From Myxococcota bacterium (GTDB taxonomy: Bacteria; Myxococcota_A; UBA9160; PR03): DNA of 64,000 nt. The notes beneath the pieces are model-generated. The model saw only the letters and a list, made by a program, of their open reading frames with translations, ran no database searches and was not told the origin of the DNA. The stretch's first letter is position 1, and each line of letters opens with the position of its first letter. This document shows, piece by piece, positions 47,874 to 58,407 of the stretch. The position numbers and the translations under genes were made by a program. The DNA is taken from the NCBI GenBank assembly GCA_041611735.1, contig JBFIML010000002.1:91402-155401 (forward strand), written 5' to 3'.

Positions 47874-49654
47874 GCACAGGGAGCGCCAACCAGGTCTTCG
47901 CCACCTCGTTCGTGGAAGGGCTGCTGTGCGCTGGCGTCACCGACCTGTGCGCGTGCCCGGGATCGCGCTCCACACCCGTGGTGGCCGCGGCGGTGGCCAC
48001 GCCGGGGCTGCGGCTGTGGTCGCACCTGGACGAGCGCGCGGCCGCGTACTTCGCATTGGGCCTGGCCAAGGCCCGCCACGGACCGGTGGCGATCCTCTCC
48101 ACCTCGGGCACGGCCGCCGCGAACTTCCTGCCGGCCGTGGCGGAGGCGTGGCATGCGCGCGTTCCCCTGGTCGTGCTCACCGCGGATCGCCCACCCGAGC
48201 TGCGTGGCTGGGGCGCGGGGCAGACGCTCGACCAGGTCAAGCTGTTCGGATCCCACGTGCGCTGGTTCGCCGAGACGCCGCCGCCCGAGGGCACCACCCC
48301 CGACGCGCGCTATGCGCGGGCACTGGCGAGCCGCGCGGTGGCGGTGGCCCGGGGCCGACCGGCGGGGCCCGTCCACCTGAACCTCCCCTTCCGGGAGCCC
48401 CTCGCGCCGGGCGACGGGCCCGTCGCAACCAGGGACGCGGTCGCTGCGCTCGGCCGACCCGCCGGACCCATGTGCCTGGCAGGCGCCCCTCCCGAGCCCG
48501 ATCCCGCGTGCGTCGAGCGGCTGCTCGGGCCCGCCCGCGTCGCACGCCACGGTGTGCTGGCCTGCGGTCCCCTGGACGCGGGCCCCGCCTTCGCCGAGGC
48601 GGCGGTGCGGCTGGCCCGGGCCGCGGGGTGGCCGCTCCTCGCCGACGCGCTGTCCAATCTGCGCGGGGGTCCGCACACCAAGGAGGCGCCCCTCGTGGCG
48701 GGCTTCGACGCGTTGCTGCGGGACGAAGCCTTCGCCGCCGGGCACGCACCGGACTTCGTGATTCGCTTCGGCGATCCGCCCACCAGCAAGGCGTGGCGGC
48801 TGTGGCTCGAGCGTCACCCGGAGGTCCACCTGGGGGTGGTGGACCCGGACGACGGCTGGGCGGACCCGAGCCACCTGGCGGCGCACGTGGTTCGCGCCGA
48901 GCCGACGGCGCTGGCGCGAGCGCTGGCCGAACGGCTCGAGCGTTCCGCCCCGCCCGGCGCGCCGGCGTGGCGCCGGGCATTCCTCGACGCAGAGCGTGCC
49001 GCCCAGGAGATCTTCGAGGCCTCGGGAAGCGAGGCGAGCCCGCTGCTGGAGCCGCGCCTGGTGCGTGAGATCGCGGCGGCGCTGCCGGACGGCGCGACGC
49101 TCTACGTCTCGAACAGCATGCCCGTGCGCGACGTGGATTCCTTCCTGCCCATCTCCGCGCGGCGACTGCGCATGCTGGGACAGCGCGGCGTGAACGGCAT
49201 CGACGGCATCGTCTCCGCCGCGCTGGGCGCCAGCGCGGGAAGCCCGGGGCCGGTCGTCTGCCTGATCGGTGACCTGGCCTTGCTGCACGATCTGGGCGGC
49301 CTGCTGGCCGCCCGGCGCCACGAGCTGCGCGTCACCTTCGTGGTCGTCAACAACGACGGGGGTGGGATCTTCTCCTACCTGCCGGTGGCGGACCTGGGCG
49401 CGCGGGTGGCCTTCACCGAGCAGTTCACGACCCCCCACGGTCTGGCGCTGCGGTCCGCGGCCCAGCTGTTCGGGCTGGGCTACGAGCGCGCCGGCACGGC
49501 GGCGGAGCTCCGTCCGGCGCTCGCGGCTGCCCTGGAGGCCCCCGGCAGCACGCTGCTCGAGGTGCCGCTGGATCGGATGGCGAGCGTCGCCGAGCACCGC
49601 GCGCTCTGGCAGCGCGTGGGCGCGGCGCTGCGCGCGCCGGAGCGCCCGGCGTGA
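47870..49654 (+). CDS. menD: SEPHCHC synthase (ThDP-dependent)
   Basis: PGSRSTP, DERAAAYFALG, TSGTAAANF, GPVHLNLPFREPL, RGVNGIDG, NNDGGGIF. Confidence 0.96.
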   Translation: MSTGSANQVFATSFVEGLLCAGVTDLCACPGSRSTPVVAAAVATPGLRLWSHLDERAAAYFALGLAKARHGPVAILSTSGTAAANFLPAVAEAWHARVPLVVLTADRPPELRGWGAGQTLDQVKLFGSHVRWFAETPPPEGTTPDARYARALASRAVAVARGRPAGPVHLNLPFREPLAPGDGPVATRDAVAALGRPAGPMCLAGAPPEPDPACVERLLGPARVARHGVLACGPLDAGPAFAEAAVRLARAAGWPLLADALSNLRGGPHTKEAPLVAGFDALLRDEAFAAGHAPDFVIRFGDPPTSKAWRLWLERHPEVHLGVVDPDDGWADPSHLAAHVVRAEPTALARALAERLERSAPPGAPAWRRAFLDAERAAQEIFEASGSEASPLLEPRLVREIAAALPDGATLYVSNSMPVRDVDSFLPISARRLRMLGQRGVNGIDGIVSAALGASAGSPGPVVCLIGDLALLHDLGGLLAARRHELRVTFVVVNNDGGGIFSYLPVADLGARVAFTEQFTTPHGLALRSAAQLFGLGYERAGTAAELRPALAAALEAPGSTLLEVPLDRMASVAEHRALWQRVGAALRAPERPA

Positions 49655-50568
49655 GCGATCGTTGCGAAGTGGGCGGGAGCCATCGCTTCCAGGTGGGTGG
49701 GCACGCGCTCCACGTGGAGGTGCGGGGAGCCGGGCCCCCGCTGCTGCTGTTGCACGGCTTCACCGGGTCGGTGCGCAGCTTCGACGGGATCATCGAAGGC
49801 CTGGCGACGCGCCACCGTACGATCGCCGTGGACCTGCTCGGGCACGGCTGCTCCGACGCCCCCGACGATCCGGCGGTGTGGAGCATGGCGCGCTGCGTCC
49901 GCGACCTGGTGCGCGTGCTCGAGCTCACCGACGCGGTTCCCGCGCACCTGCTGGGCTACTCCATGGGCGGTCGCGTCGCCCTCCAGCTGGCCGTGTCGCA
50001 CCCCGAATGGGTCGCGTCCCTGATCCTGGTGGGGGCCTCCGCCGGCCTGCAGGACGCCAGGGCACGCGCGGCCCGGCGACGCCAGGACGCCGCGTGGGCG
50101 GACCTGCTGCGGCGCGAAGGCCTGGAGCCCTTCGTCGAGCGTTGGACCGCCCAGGCGCTGTTCGCCAGCGAGCGTGGGCGGGGCACCGCCCACGCCGGTC
50201 GCCTGCGCGCCGAGCGGCTGGCCAACCGCCCCGAAGCCCTGGCCCGCAGCCTGGAAGGGCTGGGCACCGGCGCGCAGCGGCCCCTGCACGGGCAGCTGGC
50301 CCTGCTCCATCGCCCTGTGCTGCTGGTGGCCGGGGAGCACGACGCGAAGTTCCGGGCCATCGCCGCCGACCTGGCAGCACGGCTGCCCCGCGCGCGCACC
50401 GCCGTCGTCGCGGGCGCCGGCCACGCGGCGCACCGGGAATGCTCCCCGCGCTTCCTGGCCATCGCAAGCCGATTCCTGGCCGATCCGGAGCGGGCGGTAC
50501 GTGGGCCCCGACGGAGCAGGCCGTTCAACCCGATGCGAGAAGGAGACCCGATCCGTGAGCAGCCCTGA
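49651..50568 (+). CDS. menH: SHCHC synthase (alpha/beta hydrolase)
   Basis: [25 protein letters not shown]; men context. Confidence 0.9.
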   Translation: MSDRCEVGGSHRFQVGGHALHVEVRGAGPPLLLLHGFTGSVRSFDGIIEGLATRHRTIAVDLLGHGCSDAPDDPAVWSMARCVRDLVRVLELTDAVPAHLLGYSMGGRVALQLAVSHPEWVASLILVGASAGLQDARARAARRRQDAAWADLLRREGLEPFVERWTAQALFASERGRGTAHAGRLRAERLANRPEALARSLEGLGTGAQRPLHGQLALLHRPVLLVAGEHDAKFRAIAADLAARLPRARTAVVAGAGHAAHRECSPRFLAIASRFLADPERAVRGPRRSRPFNPMREGDPIREQP

Positions 50569-51376
50569 CTGGAAGTCGGTTCGAGCCTACGAGGACATTC
50601 GCCTGGAGCGCGCCGAAGGCATCGCGAAGATCACCATCGCGCGCCCCGAGGTACGCAACGCCTTCCGCCCCCAGACGCTGTTCGAGCTCCTGGAAGCCTT
50701 CGCCTGGGCGCGCGAGGAGCCGGAGGTGGGCGTGATCCTGTTCACCGGGGAGGGTCCCGAGGCCTTCTGCTCCGGCGGGGACCAGCGCGTGCGCGGGGAC
50801 GCGGGCTACGTGGATCACCGTGGCGTCGCGCGGCTCAACGCTCTCGATCTCCAGCGCGCGATCCGGACGCTTCCCAAGCCGGTAATCGCCATGGTGGCCG
50901 GCTACGCGATCGGGGGCGGCCACGTGCTGCACCTGGTGTGCGATCTCACCATCGCGGCCGAGAACGCCCGCTTCGGGCAGACGGGGCCCCGGGTGGGAAG
51001 CTTCGACGCCGGCTTCGGAGCTGCCTATCTGGCGCGCGTGGTGGGACAGAAGAAGGCCCGGGAGATCTGGTACCTGTGTCGTCAGTACGACGCCCGCCAG
51101 GCGCTGGACATGGGACTCGTGAATGCCGTCGTGCCGCTGGCGGAGCTGGAATCGACGGCGGTGGACTGGGCCGGACAGATCCTCCGGCACAGCCCGCTCG
51201 CGATCCGCTGCCTGAAGGCCGCCTTCAACGCCGACTGCGATGGCCAGGCCGGGCTCCAGGAACTGGCCGGCAACGCGACCCTTCTGTTCTACATGAGCGA
51301 GGAGGCCCGGGAGGGTCGGGACGCTTTCCTGGAGAAGCGGGAGCCCGACTTCAGGCGCTTCCCATGGCGTCCCTAG
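50555..51376 (+). CDS. menB: 1,4-dihydroxy-2-naphthoyl-CoA synthase
   Basis: [38 protein letters not shown]. Confidence 0.97.
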   Translation: MSSPDWKSVRAYEDIRLERAEGIAKITIARPEVRNAFRPQTLFELLEAFAWAREEPEVGVILFTGEGPEAFCSGGDQRVRGDAGYVDHRGVARLNALDLQRAIRTLPKPVIAMVAGYAIGGGHVLHLVCDLTIAAENARFGQTGPRVGSFDAGFGAAYLARVVGQKKAREIWYLCRQYDARQALDMGLVNAVVPLAELESTAVDWAGQILRHSPLAIRCLKAAFNADCDGQAGLQELAGNATLLFYMSEEAREGRDAFLEKREPDFRRFPWRP

Positions 51377-52269
51377 CCCCCGCTCCCGCCGCCCGCGAGC
51401 GGGTCGCGACATGGATCGAGGCGGCGCGGCCGCGCACGCTCCCGGCGGCGGTGGCGCCGGTGGCGGTGGGGAGCTCCCTGGCCGCGGCCGAGGGCGCGGC
51501 CCACCCGGGCTATGCCGCGCTCGCCGGGCTGACGGCGCTGCTGCTCCAGATCGGTGCGAACTTCGCCAACGACGTCTTCGACTTCGAACGAGGAGCCGAC
51601 GCCGCGGATCGCCTCGGTCCGCGGCGAGCCGTGGCGGCGGGCCGGGTCTCGCCGCGGGCGATGCGCCTCGCGACCACCCTCGCCTTCGCCCTCGCCGCCA
51701 CCACGGGACTCGCGCTGGTGATGCGGGGCGGCTGGCCGATTGCCCTGGTTGGCCTGGCTGCCCTGGCCGCGGGTTTGGCCTACACCGGAGGGCCCTGGCC
51801 GCTCGGCTACCACGGTCTGGGCGAGCCCCTGGTGTTCGTGTTCTTCGGCGTGGTCGGCGTGGCCGGAACGCACTACGTCCAGGCCCTGGCCACCTCACCG
51901 CTGGCGTTCGGGCTCTCGGTTCCCGTCGGCCTGCTGGCCACCGCGATCCTCGTGGTCAACAACCTGCGTGACCGGATCGGCGACGAACGCGCCGGCAAGC
52001 GCACCCTGGCGGTGCGTCTCGGCGCGGGCCCGACGCGCGCCACCTACGGCGCGCTGGTGCTGGGCGCCTACGGACTGGTGGCGGTCGGGGTCGGGGTCGG
52101 CGCGCTGGGCACGGGCGTCCTGCTGGTCTTCGCGTCTGCGCCCTACGCGGTCGGACTGGTACGCCGTCTGGCACGGACGGACGGACGGGCGCTGAACCCC
52201 TGCCTCGGCGCCACGGCGCGCCTGGAGGCCGGCTTTGCCGGTCTGCTGGCGCTGGGACTGCTGTGGTGA
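51364..52269 (+). CDS. menA: DHNA polyprenyltransferase
   Basis: [35 protein letters not shown]. Confidence 0.95.
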   Translation: MASLAPAPAARERVATWIEAARPRTLPAAVAPVAVGSSLAAAEGAAHPGYAALAGLTALLLQIGANFANDVFDFERGADAADRLGPRRAVAAGRVSPRAMRLATTLAFALAATTGLALVMRGGWPIALVGLAALAAGLAYTGGPWPLGYHGLGEPLVFVFFGVVGVAGTHYVQALATSPLAFGLSVPVGLLATAILVVNNLRDRIGDERAGKRTLAVRLGAGPTRATYGALVLGAYGLVAVGVGVGALGTGVLLVFASAPYAVGLVRRLARTDGRALNPCLGATARLEAGFAGLLALGLLW

Positions 52270-53390
52270 AGCTCGAGCGGGCCCGCCTGCTGCCCTTCCG
52301 CCTGCCGCTCGCGCGTCCCCTGGGCCGGAGGGCGCCGCTGCTCCAGCGCGACGGCGTACTCCTTTCCCTCGAGGCCCAGGACGGGACGCCGGGCTTCGGG
52401 GAGGGCACGCCGACGCCCGGCTTCGGCGCGGACGGCGTCGAAGCCGTGGAGCAGGCGCTCCGGGATACCGTCCCCGCCCTGCTGGGAGCCGACGCCGACG
52501 ATCCGCGGCGGGCGCTCGCAATCCTGGACGACGTGGGTCTCGGCGGGGCAGCCCGGGCGGCGGCCGAGACGGCGCTGCTGGATCTCGCCACCCGGCGCGG
52601 GGGTCGCAGCCTGGCGTCCTGGCTGGGGACGCGACTCCGCGCGCTGCCGCGCGCCACGGTTCCGGTGAACGCGCTGCTCGCCGCCGAGGATCCCGAGAGG
52701 CTCGCCCACGAGACGCGCGCCCTCGTCCGGGGCGGCTTCGGGACCGTGAAGCTCAAGGTGGGCGGACGTCCCCTGGCGCGCGAGTCCGAGCGCGTGGGCG
52801 CGACCCGGCGCGCGGCCGGCGGCCGCGTCCGCATCCGCCTGGATGCGAACGGCGCGTGGAGCGAGGACGAGGCCCGCGAGGCCCTGGCGCGGCTCGAGCC
52901 CTTCGCGATCGAGTTCCTGGAGCAGCCCGTGGCCGCCGACGATCTCGACGCGCTGGCCCGACTGCGAGGGCGCACGCGGGTGCCCATCGCCGCGGACGAG
53001 GCGGCCGCCAGCCCGGAGCGGGCTCGCCGCGTGATCCAGTCCGGCGCCGCGGACCTGCTGGTGGTGAAGCCGAGCGTGGTGGGCGGACCGGCCACGGCGG
53101 CCGCGATCGTGCGCCTCGCGCACGATGCGGGGCTCGGCGTCGTGGTCACCTCCGCGCTGGACGGGGCGGTGGGCGTCGCCTGCGCGCTGCAGCTGGCCGC
53201 GACCCTGCCCGACGCGGGCAGGGCCTGCGGGCTCGCCACCGCCGGGTGGCTGGCGGACGACCTGGCTGCCCTGCCGGCACCCCGTGGCGGAACCCTGGCC
53301 CTGCCGCGAGCCCCGGGCCTGGGCGTCGCCCCGGATCCGGACGCCCTGGCGCGCCTGGCCCGGGGCCGCCCGCAGGATCTCGGCTCGTGA
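52266..53390 (+). CDS. menC: o-Succinylbenzoate synthase (enolase superfamily)
   Basis: KLKVG, RLDANG, EQP, ADE, VKPS motifs; men context. Confidence 0.9.
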   Translation: MKLERARLLPFRLPLARPLGRRAPLLQRDGVLLSLEAQDGTPGFGEGTPTPGFGADGVEAVEQALRDTVPALLGADADDPRRALAILDDVGLGGAARAAAETALLDLATRRGGRSLASWLGTRLRALPRATVPVNALLAAEDPERLAHETRALVRGGFGTVKLKVGGRPLARESERVGATRRAAGGRVRIRLDANGAWSEDEAREALARLEPFAIEFLEQPVAADDLDALARLRGRTRVPIAADEAAASPERARRVIQSGAADLLVVKPSVVGGPATAAAIVRLAHDAGLGVVVTSALDGAVGVACALQLAATLPDAGRACGLATAGWLADDLAALPAPRGGTLALPRAPGLGVAPDPDALARLARGRPQDLGS

Positions 53391-54868
53391 TCCCCGGGCT
53401 GCCCTGGCTCCCGGGCCGCGCCGCCGCCACACCGTGCCAGGTCGCGCTGCGCGTGGGGCGCGAGACCCTCGACTGGCAGGCGTTGGCGGCGGCGGTGGGG
53501 CGGCGCGCCGCGCACTGGCAGGCGGCGGGAGTCCTTCCGGGCGACGCGGTGGCCGCGCTGCTCCCCAACGGACGCGTCTTCCTGGAGGGCTTGCACGCAG
53601 CGGCGGCCCGTCGGGCGGTCTGGCTGCCGCTCAACGTGCGCCTCGCGGTTCCGGAGCTGGCCGCGCAGCTCCGGGACGCCGGCGCGCGCTGGCTGCTGCA
53701 CGACGACCCGCGCCGCGACCCACGCGTGCCCGAGCTGGTCCGCCACTTGCCCGAGCTGCGCCTCCTCGAGGCAGATTCGCCGCTGTCGGATCGCGGCCCG
53801 GGAGGCGCTCCCACGCCCGGCGCGCAGCCGGATGCCGTCCGCGTGCTGCTCTACACGTCCGGGACCACGGGGCGACCGAAGGGCGTCGAGCTGACCCACG
53901 CCAACTTCCACGCCAACGCCGTGGCCACCCGGCGTCGTCTGGGCCGGGCGTGCGGGCAGCGCTGGCTCGCGTGCCTGCCCCTCTTCCACGTGGGCGGGCT
54001 CGCCATCCTGACCCGCAGCGTGCTGCTGGGCGGCAGCGTCGTCGTGCACGAGCGCTTCGATGCCGAGGCGGTGAGCCGCGCCCTCGACGTGGAGGGGATC
54101 ACGGGCACGTCCCTGGTGCCCACGATGCTGGCCCGACTGCTGGAGGCTCGCGGCGACGCTTCCGCTCCGGCGACGCTACGTGTGGTGTTGCTGGGTGGCG
54201 GGCCCGTGGCCCCGGAACTCCTGGCGCGCGCCTGGCGCGGCGGCTGGCCCGTCGCGCCGAGTTACGGGCTCACCGAGGCCACCTCCCAGGTGGCGACGCT
54301 GCCCCGCAGCGCCTTCGGCGCCCGAACCGACGTGGCCGGTCGCGCGCTGCCCGGCCTCACCCTTCGCATCGCCGACGGCGACGGACGCCCCCTCCCGGCA
54401 GGGCGCGAAGGGGAGATCCTGGTGCGCGGCCCGACGGTGATGGCGGGCTACCGCAACCGGCCCGAGGAGACGGCGCGGGTGCTGCGGAGCGGCTGGCTGC
54501 GCACGGGCGACGTGGGCGTGTTGGACCGGGAGGGCTGGCTGCGCGTGCTGGCGCGACGTCGCGACCTGATCGTGACCGGCGGCGAGAACGTCTACCCGGC
54601 CGAGGTCGAGGCGGCGCTCCTGGCGCACCCCGAGGTGCGCGAAGCGGGCGTCGCACCTGCACCAGACCGGGAGTTCGGCCAGCGCGTGGAGGCCTGGGTG
54701 GTGCTGCGCCCCGGTGCCCGGGCGAACGTCGAGGGGATCCGCGCCTTCTGTCGCACCCGGCTGGCGGGCTACAAGGTGCCGCGGGCGGTGCATCTCGTCT
54801 CGGAGCTGCCGCGCACGGCCGCGGGGAAGCTGCTGCGGCGCGCGCTCCCGGAGCGACCGGGCGCCTAG
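53387..54868 (+). CDS. menE: o-Succinylbenzoate-CoA ligase
   Basis: YTSGTTGRPKG, LPLFHVGGL, SYGLTEATSQ, TGD, GGENVYP. Confidence 0.92.
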   Translation: MIPGLPWLPGRAAATPCQVALRVGRETLDWQALAAAVGRRAAHWQAAGVLPGDAVAALLPNGRVFLEGLHAAAARRAVWLPLNVRLAVPELAAQLRDAGARWLLHDDPRRDPRVPELVRHLPELRLLEADSPLSDRGPGGAPTPGAQPDAVRVLLYTSGTTGRPKGVELTHANFHANAVATRRRLGRACGQRWLACLPLFHVGGLAILTRSVLLGGSVVVHERFDAEAVSRALDVEGITGTSLVPTMLARLLEARGDASAPATLRVVLLGGGPVAPELLARAWRGGWPVAPSYGLTEATSQVATLPRSAFGARTDVAGRALPGLTLRIADGDGRPLPAGREGEILVRGPTVMAGYRNRPEETARVLRSGWLRTGDVGVLDREGWLRVLARRRDLIVTGGENVYPAEVEAALLAHPEVREAGVAPAPDREFGQRVEAWVVLRPGARANVEGIRAFCRTRLAGYKVPRAVHLVSELPRTAAGKLLRRALPERPGA

Positions 54869-54886
54869 CGGCCCTCTCATGAATCC

Positions 54887-56194
54887 CTAGTCGATCTCGT
54901 GACTCAGGCTCTCCAACTCCCGCCGACGCGTCTCGGGCAAAAGGAACAGCACGAGGCCCGCCGGGATCATGAAAAGGGCGCACCAGCTGACGCTGGCCGC
55001 CAGCCCGCCCACCAGCTGGGCCGCCGCCCCCACCAGGGCGAGGCCGGCGGCGGCCCCGAGCGTGTCCAGGAGCTCGAGCCAGCCGGCGGCGGTGCTGCGT
55101 TGCGAGGTGGGGAACAGCTCCGCCGAGAGCGCGCGGAGGATCACGTGGCCGCCCGTCGCGCAGAAGACGAAGCCGATCCAGCCCAGGGGGATCGCGAGGC
55201 CGCCACCCCGGTAGAGCAGCCAGCCGAAGGCCGGGGCCAGGGCGAGCAGGGCGCAGCCCGCCAGGCGCCGGCCGTGTCGGTCCCCCAGATGGCCCGCCGC
55301 CACGTTGCCCACGATGCCGAACGCGCCTCCGCCCGCCACCAACAGCGAGTACTGCCACGGCGCCCAGGCGCGCCCTTCCAGCAGGTGGTAGCCGGTGAAG
55401 GCGTAGACCGGCATGCGGCCCAGGGCCGAGAGCCAGCCGAGGGCGGCCAGGCCGCCCGCCCGCCCGGGGTGCGTGCGCAGCAGGGCCACGAACGGCAGGA
55501 GCCACGCCAGGCGTCCGCCCGGGCTGGCTCCCCGGGCCAGCTCGCTCTCCCGATGGCGGCGGAAGCGAGCGGTCTCCGGAACGTTGCGGCGGAAGCGGGG
55601 CAGCAGCAGCAGCGGCACCAGGCCCACCGCGTACAGGGCGCGCCAGCCGTAGGGAAGCACGTCCACCGCGGCGAAGATCAGCGCGCCGAGCCCCACTCCG
55701 GCGGCGCCCAGGGCACCGAGCATGCCCACCCCCCAGCCGCGGTGGCGGGCCGGGAACTCCTCGGCCACCACCACGATCGCCACCGCAAAGCCCGCGATCA
55801 GGAACGAGCGGGTCAGCATCTGGAGGATCACGAACTGCCCGGGCGTCTGGACGAAGGCGGTGAGGAACGTGCCGACCCCGGAGCCCGTCACCGCCAGCAG
55901 GAAGAGCCGCCGCCGTCCGATCCGGTCCGCCAGCGCCACCAGCAGGAAGCCGCCCACCGCGCCGAGCCGGACCAGGCTCAGGTAGCCGCCCAGCTCCGAC
56001 TCGGCCATGCCGAGATCCCGGGCGATGTGCTTGAGCGCCGCCGTGATCATGGAGATGTCGTAGTGCTCGAAGAGCAGCGCCAGGGCCACGAAGCCGAGCA
56101 GCCGCAGATGGGCCGGGTCGAGATCGGGCACCCGACCCAGGAAGGGCGGGATCCACCAGGGATTGCGGCGTCGAGCCGGCGGGGTCTGCGTCAC
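54887..56194 (-). CDS. MFS transporter
   Basis: LADRIGRR and LGDRHGRR loop motifs, EEFP..RG, ELFPT..R; probable GTG at 56194. Confidence 0.9.
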   Translation of the reverse strand: MTQTPPARRRNPWWIPPFLGRVPDLDPAHLRLLGFVALALLFEHYDISMITAALKHIARDLGMAESELGGYLSLVRLGAVGGFLLVALADRIGRRRLFLLAVTGSGVGTFLTAFVQTPGQFVILQMLTRSFLIAGFAVAIVVVAEEFPARHRGWGVGMLGALGAAGVGLGALIFAAVDVLPYGWRALYAVGLVPLLLLPRFRRNVPETARFRRHRESELARGASPGGRLAWLLPFVALLRTHPGRAGGLAALGWLSALGRMPVYAFTGYHLLEGRAWAPWQYSLLVAGGGAFGIVGNVAAGHLGDRHGRRLAGCALLALAPAFGWLLYRGGGLAIPLGWIGFVFCATGGHVILRALSAELFPTSQRSTAAGWLELLDTLGAAAGLALVGAAAQLVGGLAASVSWCALFMIPAGLVLFLLPETRRRELESLSHEID

Positions 56195-56214
56195 GAGCGC
56201 CGGGGGCGGGGCGC

Positions 56215-57450
56215 TCAGCGCAGCGGCGCGTAGCGCTGGCGCGCCTGCTCCGGCGTCAGCTTCGCGGCGGCGGCGATCGCGCGGAGACGCTCCGGATCCT
56301 CGAGATCCTCGGGCTCCACCCGCTCCTGGAGGGCTCGCGCCGTGCGCCACACGTCGCTGGTGAGGTCCACCAGACGCACGCGGGTGCGGCCGGTGCGGGC
56401 GTCCATCAGGTCCGTGAAGGGGACGGGGACGATGCGGCCTCCCTGGCGGGTGATGAGCACGTCGCGCTGCCCCTCCAGCAGGGTCCGCACCGCGCCCACG
56501 CCGAGCGAGCGGGTGTACTCGCGGTCGAAGGCCCCCGGCTTGCCGCAGCGCAGCTCGTAGCCCACGTCCTTGTCGCCGAAGGCGACCTTGACCCCGCGCG
56601 CCTCGAGGGCGGCCGCCACTGCCTGACGCAGCACCCGACCGAGGGGCACCTCGGCCAGCCGGATGTGGCCGTGCTCGTCCCGCTCCACGTCCTTCAGCAT
56701 CTCCAGGTCGTTCGGGTCCAGCCGCTCGCCCATGCCTTCGGCGATCACCGCCACGCCGTCGTTGCGTCCGCGGGCCAGCCGCTTGACGATGGACCCTTCC
56801 AGGGTCCGCACCACGTCCTCCAGGCGGATGGGCTCGCGGGGGAACTCCTCGGCGATCAGGGTGATGGGCGCGCCGGCCGCCATCCCGGCACCCAGGGCCA
56901 GGGAGCCGGCCTTGCGGCCCATCATCACCACGAAGAACCAGCGCCCCGTGGTGCGGCAGTCCTCGAGCAGGTTCTCCACCACCACGGCCGCATGCTCGCG
57001 GGCGGTCTCGTAGCCAAAGGTCGGGATTCCGGGCGGCAGCGGCAGGTCGTTGTCGATCGTCTTCGGCACGTGCGCCACGCGCAGGCGGCCGCCCGCGGCG
57101 TCGGAGACCTTCTTGGCCGAGAAGGCGGTGTCATCGCCTCCGATCGTGATCAAATGGTCCACGCCGAGCTGCTCGAGCGCTTTGGCCACCGCGGCCAGCT
57201 GCTCGGGCTTCCGGGTGGGGTTCGCCCGCGACGTGTGGAGGATCGAGCCGCCCCGCAGGTGGATGTCGGCCACAGCGTCGGCGCCGAGCTCCACCACGTG
57301 GCTCGTGTCGCCCTCCATCAGCCACTTGAAGCCGTGCAGGCAGCCGAGCACCCGCGCTCCGCGCTGGCCGGCGGCGAGCGCCGCCGCACCGATCACGCCG
57401 TTGATGCCCGGCGCGGGCCCACCGCCCACCAGGATGCCGAACGTCGCCAT
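56215..57450 (-). CDS. pfp: Pyrophosphate-dependent phosphofructokinase
   Basis: GGGPAPGIN, GGDD and PKTIDND (Asp/Lys pair diagnostic of PPi use), MGR, GYELR. Confidence 0.9.
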   Translation of the reverse strand: MATFGILVGGGPAPGINGVIGAAALAAGQRGARVLGCLHGFKWLMEGDTSHVVELGADAVADIHLRGGSILHTSRANPTRKPEQLAAVAKALEQLGVDHLITIGGDDTAFSAKKVSDAAGGRLRVAHVPKTIDNDLPLPPGIPTFGYETAREHAAVVVENLLEDCRTTGRWFFVVMMGRKAGSLALGAGMAAGAPITLIAEEFPREPIRLEDVVRTLEGSIVKRLARGRNDGVAVIAEGMGERLDPNDLEMLKDVERDEHGHIRLAEVPLGRVLRQAVAAALEARGVKVAFGDKDVGYELRCGKPGAFDREYTRSLGVGAVRTLLEGQRDVLITRQGGRIVPVPFTDLMDARTGRTRVRLVDLTSDVWRTARALQERVEPEDLEDPERLRAIAAAAKLTPEQARQRYAPLR

Positions 57451-57479
57451 CGCCCTTCCTCCGCCTCGCGCCGTTGCCG

Positions 57480-58373
57480 TCAGGAGCGGCGCCAGCCCCG
57501 CAGCAGCGCCGCCTTGAGACCGCCCGCCATGGGAAGCGCCGCCTCGGGCGCAGGCACCAGCCGGCGCCGCGCCGGCGGCTCGAGTCCGAGCTCCTCGGCC
57601 AGCTCCTCGGCGAGCGCCTGCATCTCCCGGTGGATCTGGGTGCCCCGGGCCTCGTGCAGGATCGAGAGCGGACGCGCGTCGGGCGCCGAGTTCAACGCCT
57701 CGACGCGGGGACTGCGCGAGAGTACGCCCCGAAACAGCGGCCAGCCCCGGCGCCGCACCTCGTCGCGCAGGTGTTCCGCCAGGTCGCCGCCCGCGACGTC
57801 GATGCGGGTGCGGCGATCCACCAGCGTGAGCAGCACCCGCCCGCGCCCGGCGCGGCCTCCCGCCCGCTCGAGCAGCTCGAAGGCCTTGGCGGCCTCTTCC
57901 AGGGAGGCCCGATCGGAGACCGGAAGGATGGCGAGGTCCGCGGCCCACAGGGCGTTGCGGGTCAGCGCCTCGAGGTCGCTCTTGGTGTCCAGCACGATCG
58001 GACCCCGCCAGGCCGTGCGGTCCAGCATGCGCCGCAGCACCAGCGGATCCTCGGCGCGGGCCTTGAGCAGCGCCGTGTCCGGGGACGACGGCACGAAGTG
58101 GATCCCGTACTGGCCGAGCTGGATCACGCGTTCGAAGCTGCGCTCGGCCCAGGCGTGCTTCAGGTTGCCCTCGCCGGGACCCGGGGCGCGCAGGCGCAGC
58201 ATGCGGTCCACGATGCCCTGGTCGTCCAGGGAGAGCAGCAGGATGGGCAGGTCCTCCTGAAAGGCCCGCAGATAGATGCCCAGGTTCGTGGCCAGGGTGG
58301 TCTTGCCGACCCCGCCCTTGTTGGAGGCGACGGTGATCACGAAGCCGGCAGCGGAAGCGGGGGGCTCGGGCAC
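57480..58373 (-). CDS. ParA/MinD-family ATPase (no adjacent parB)
   Basis: Deviant Walker A SNKGGVGKTT, IVLDT, ADLAILPV. Confidence 0.85.
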   Translation of the reverse strand: MPEPPASAAGFVITVASNKGGVGKTTLATNLGIYLRAFQEDLPILLLSLDDQGIVDRMLRLRAPGPGEGNLKHAWAERSFERVIQLGQYGIHFVPSSPDTALLKARAEDPLVLRRMLDRTAWRGPIVLDTKSDLEALTRNALWAADLAILPVSDRASLEEAAKAFELLERAGGRAGRGRVLLTLVDRRTRIDVAGGDLAEHLRDEVRRRGWPLFRGVLSRSPRVEALNSAPDARPLSILHEARGTQIHREMQALAEELAEELGLEPPARRRLVPAPEAALPMAGGLKAALLRGWRRS

Positions 58374-58407
58374 GCGGGGAATCTACCCATCGGCTAGGAT
58401 CAGCGCC

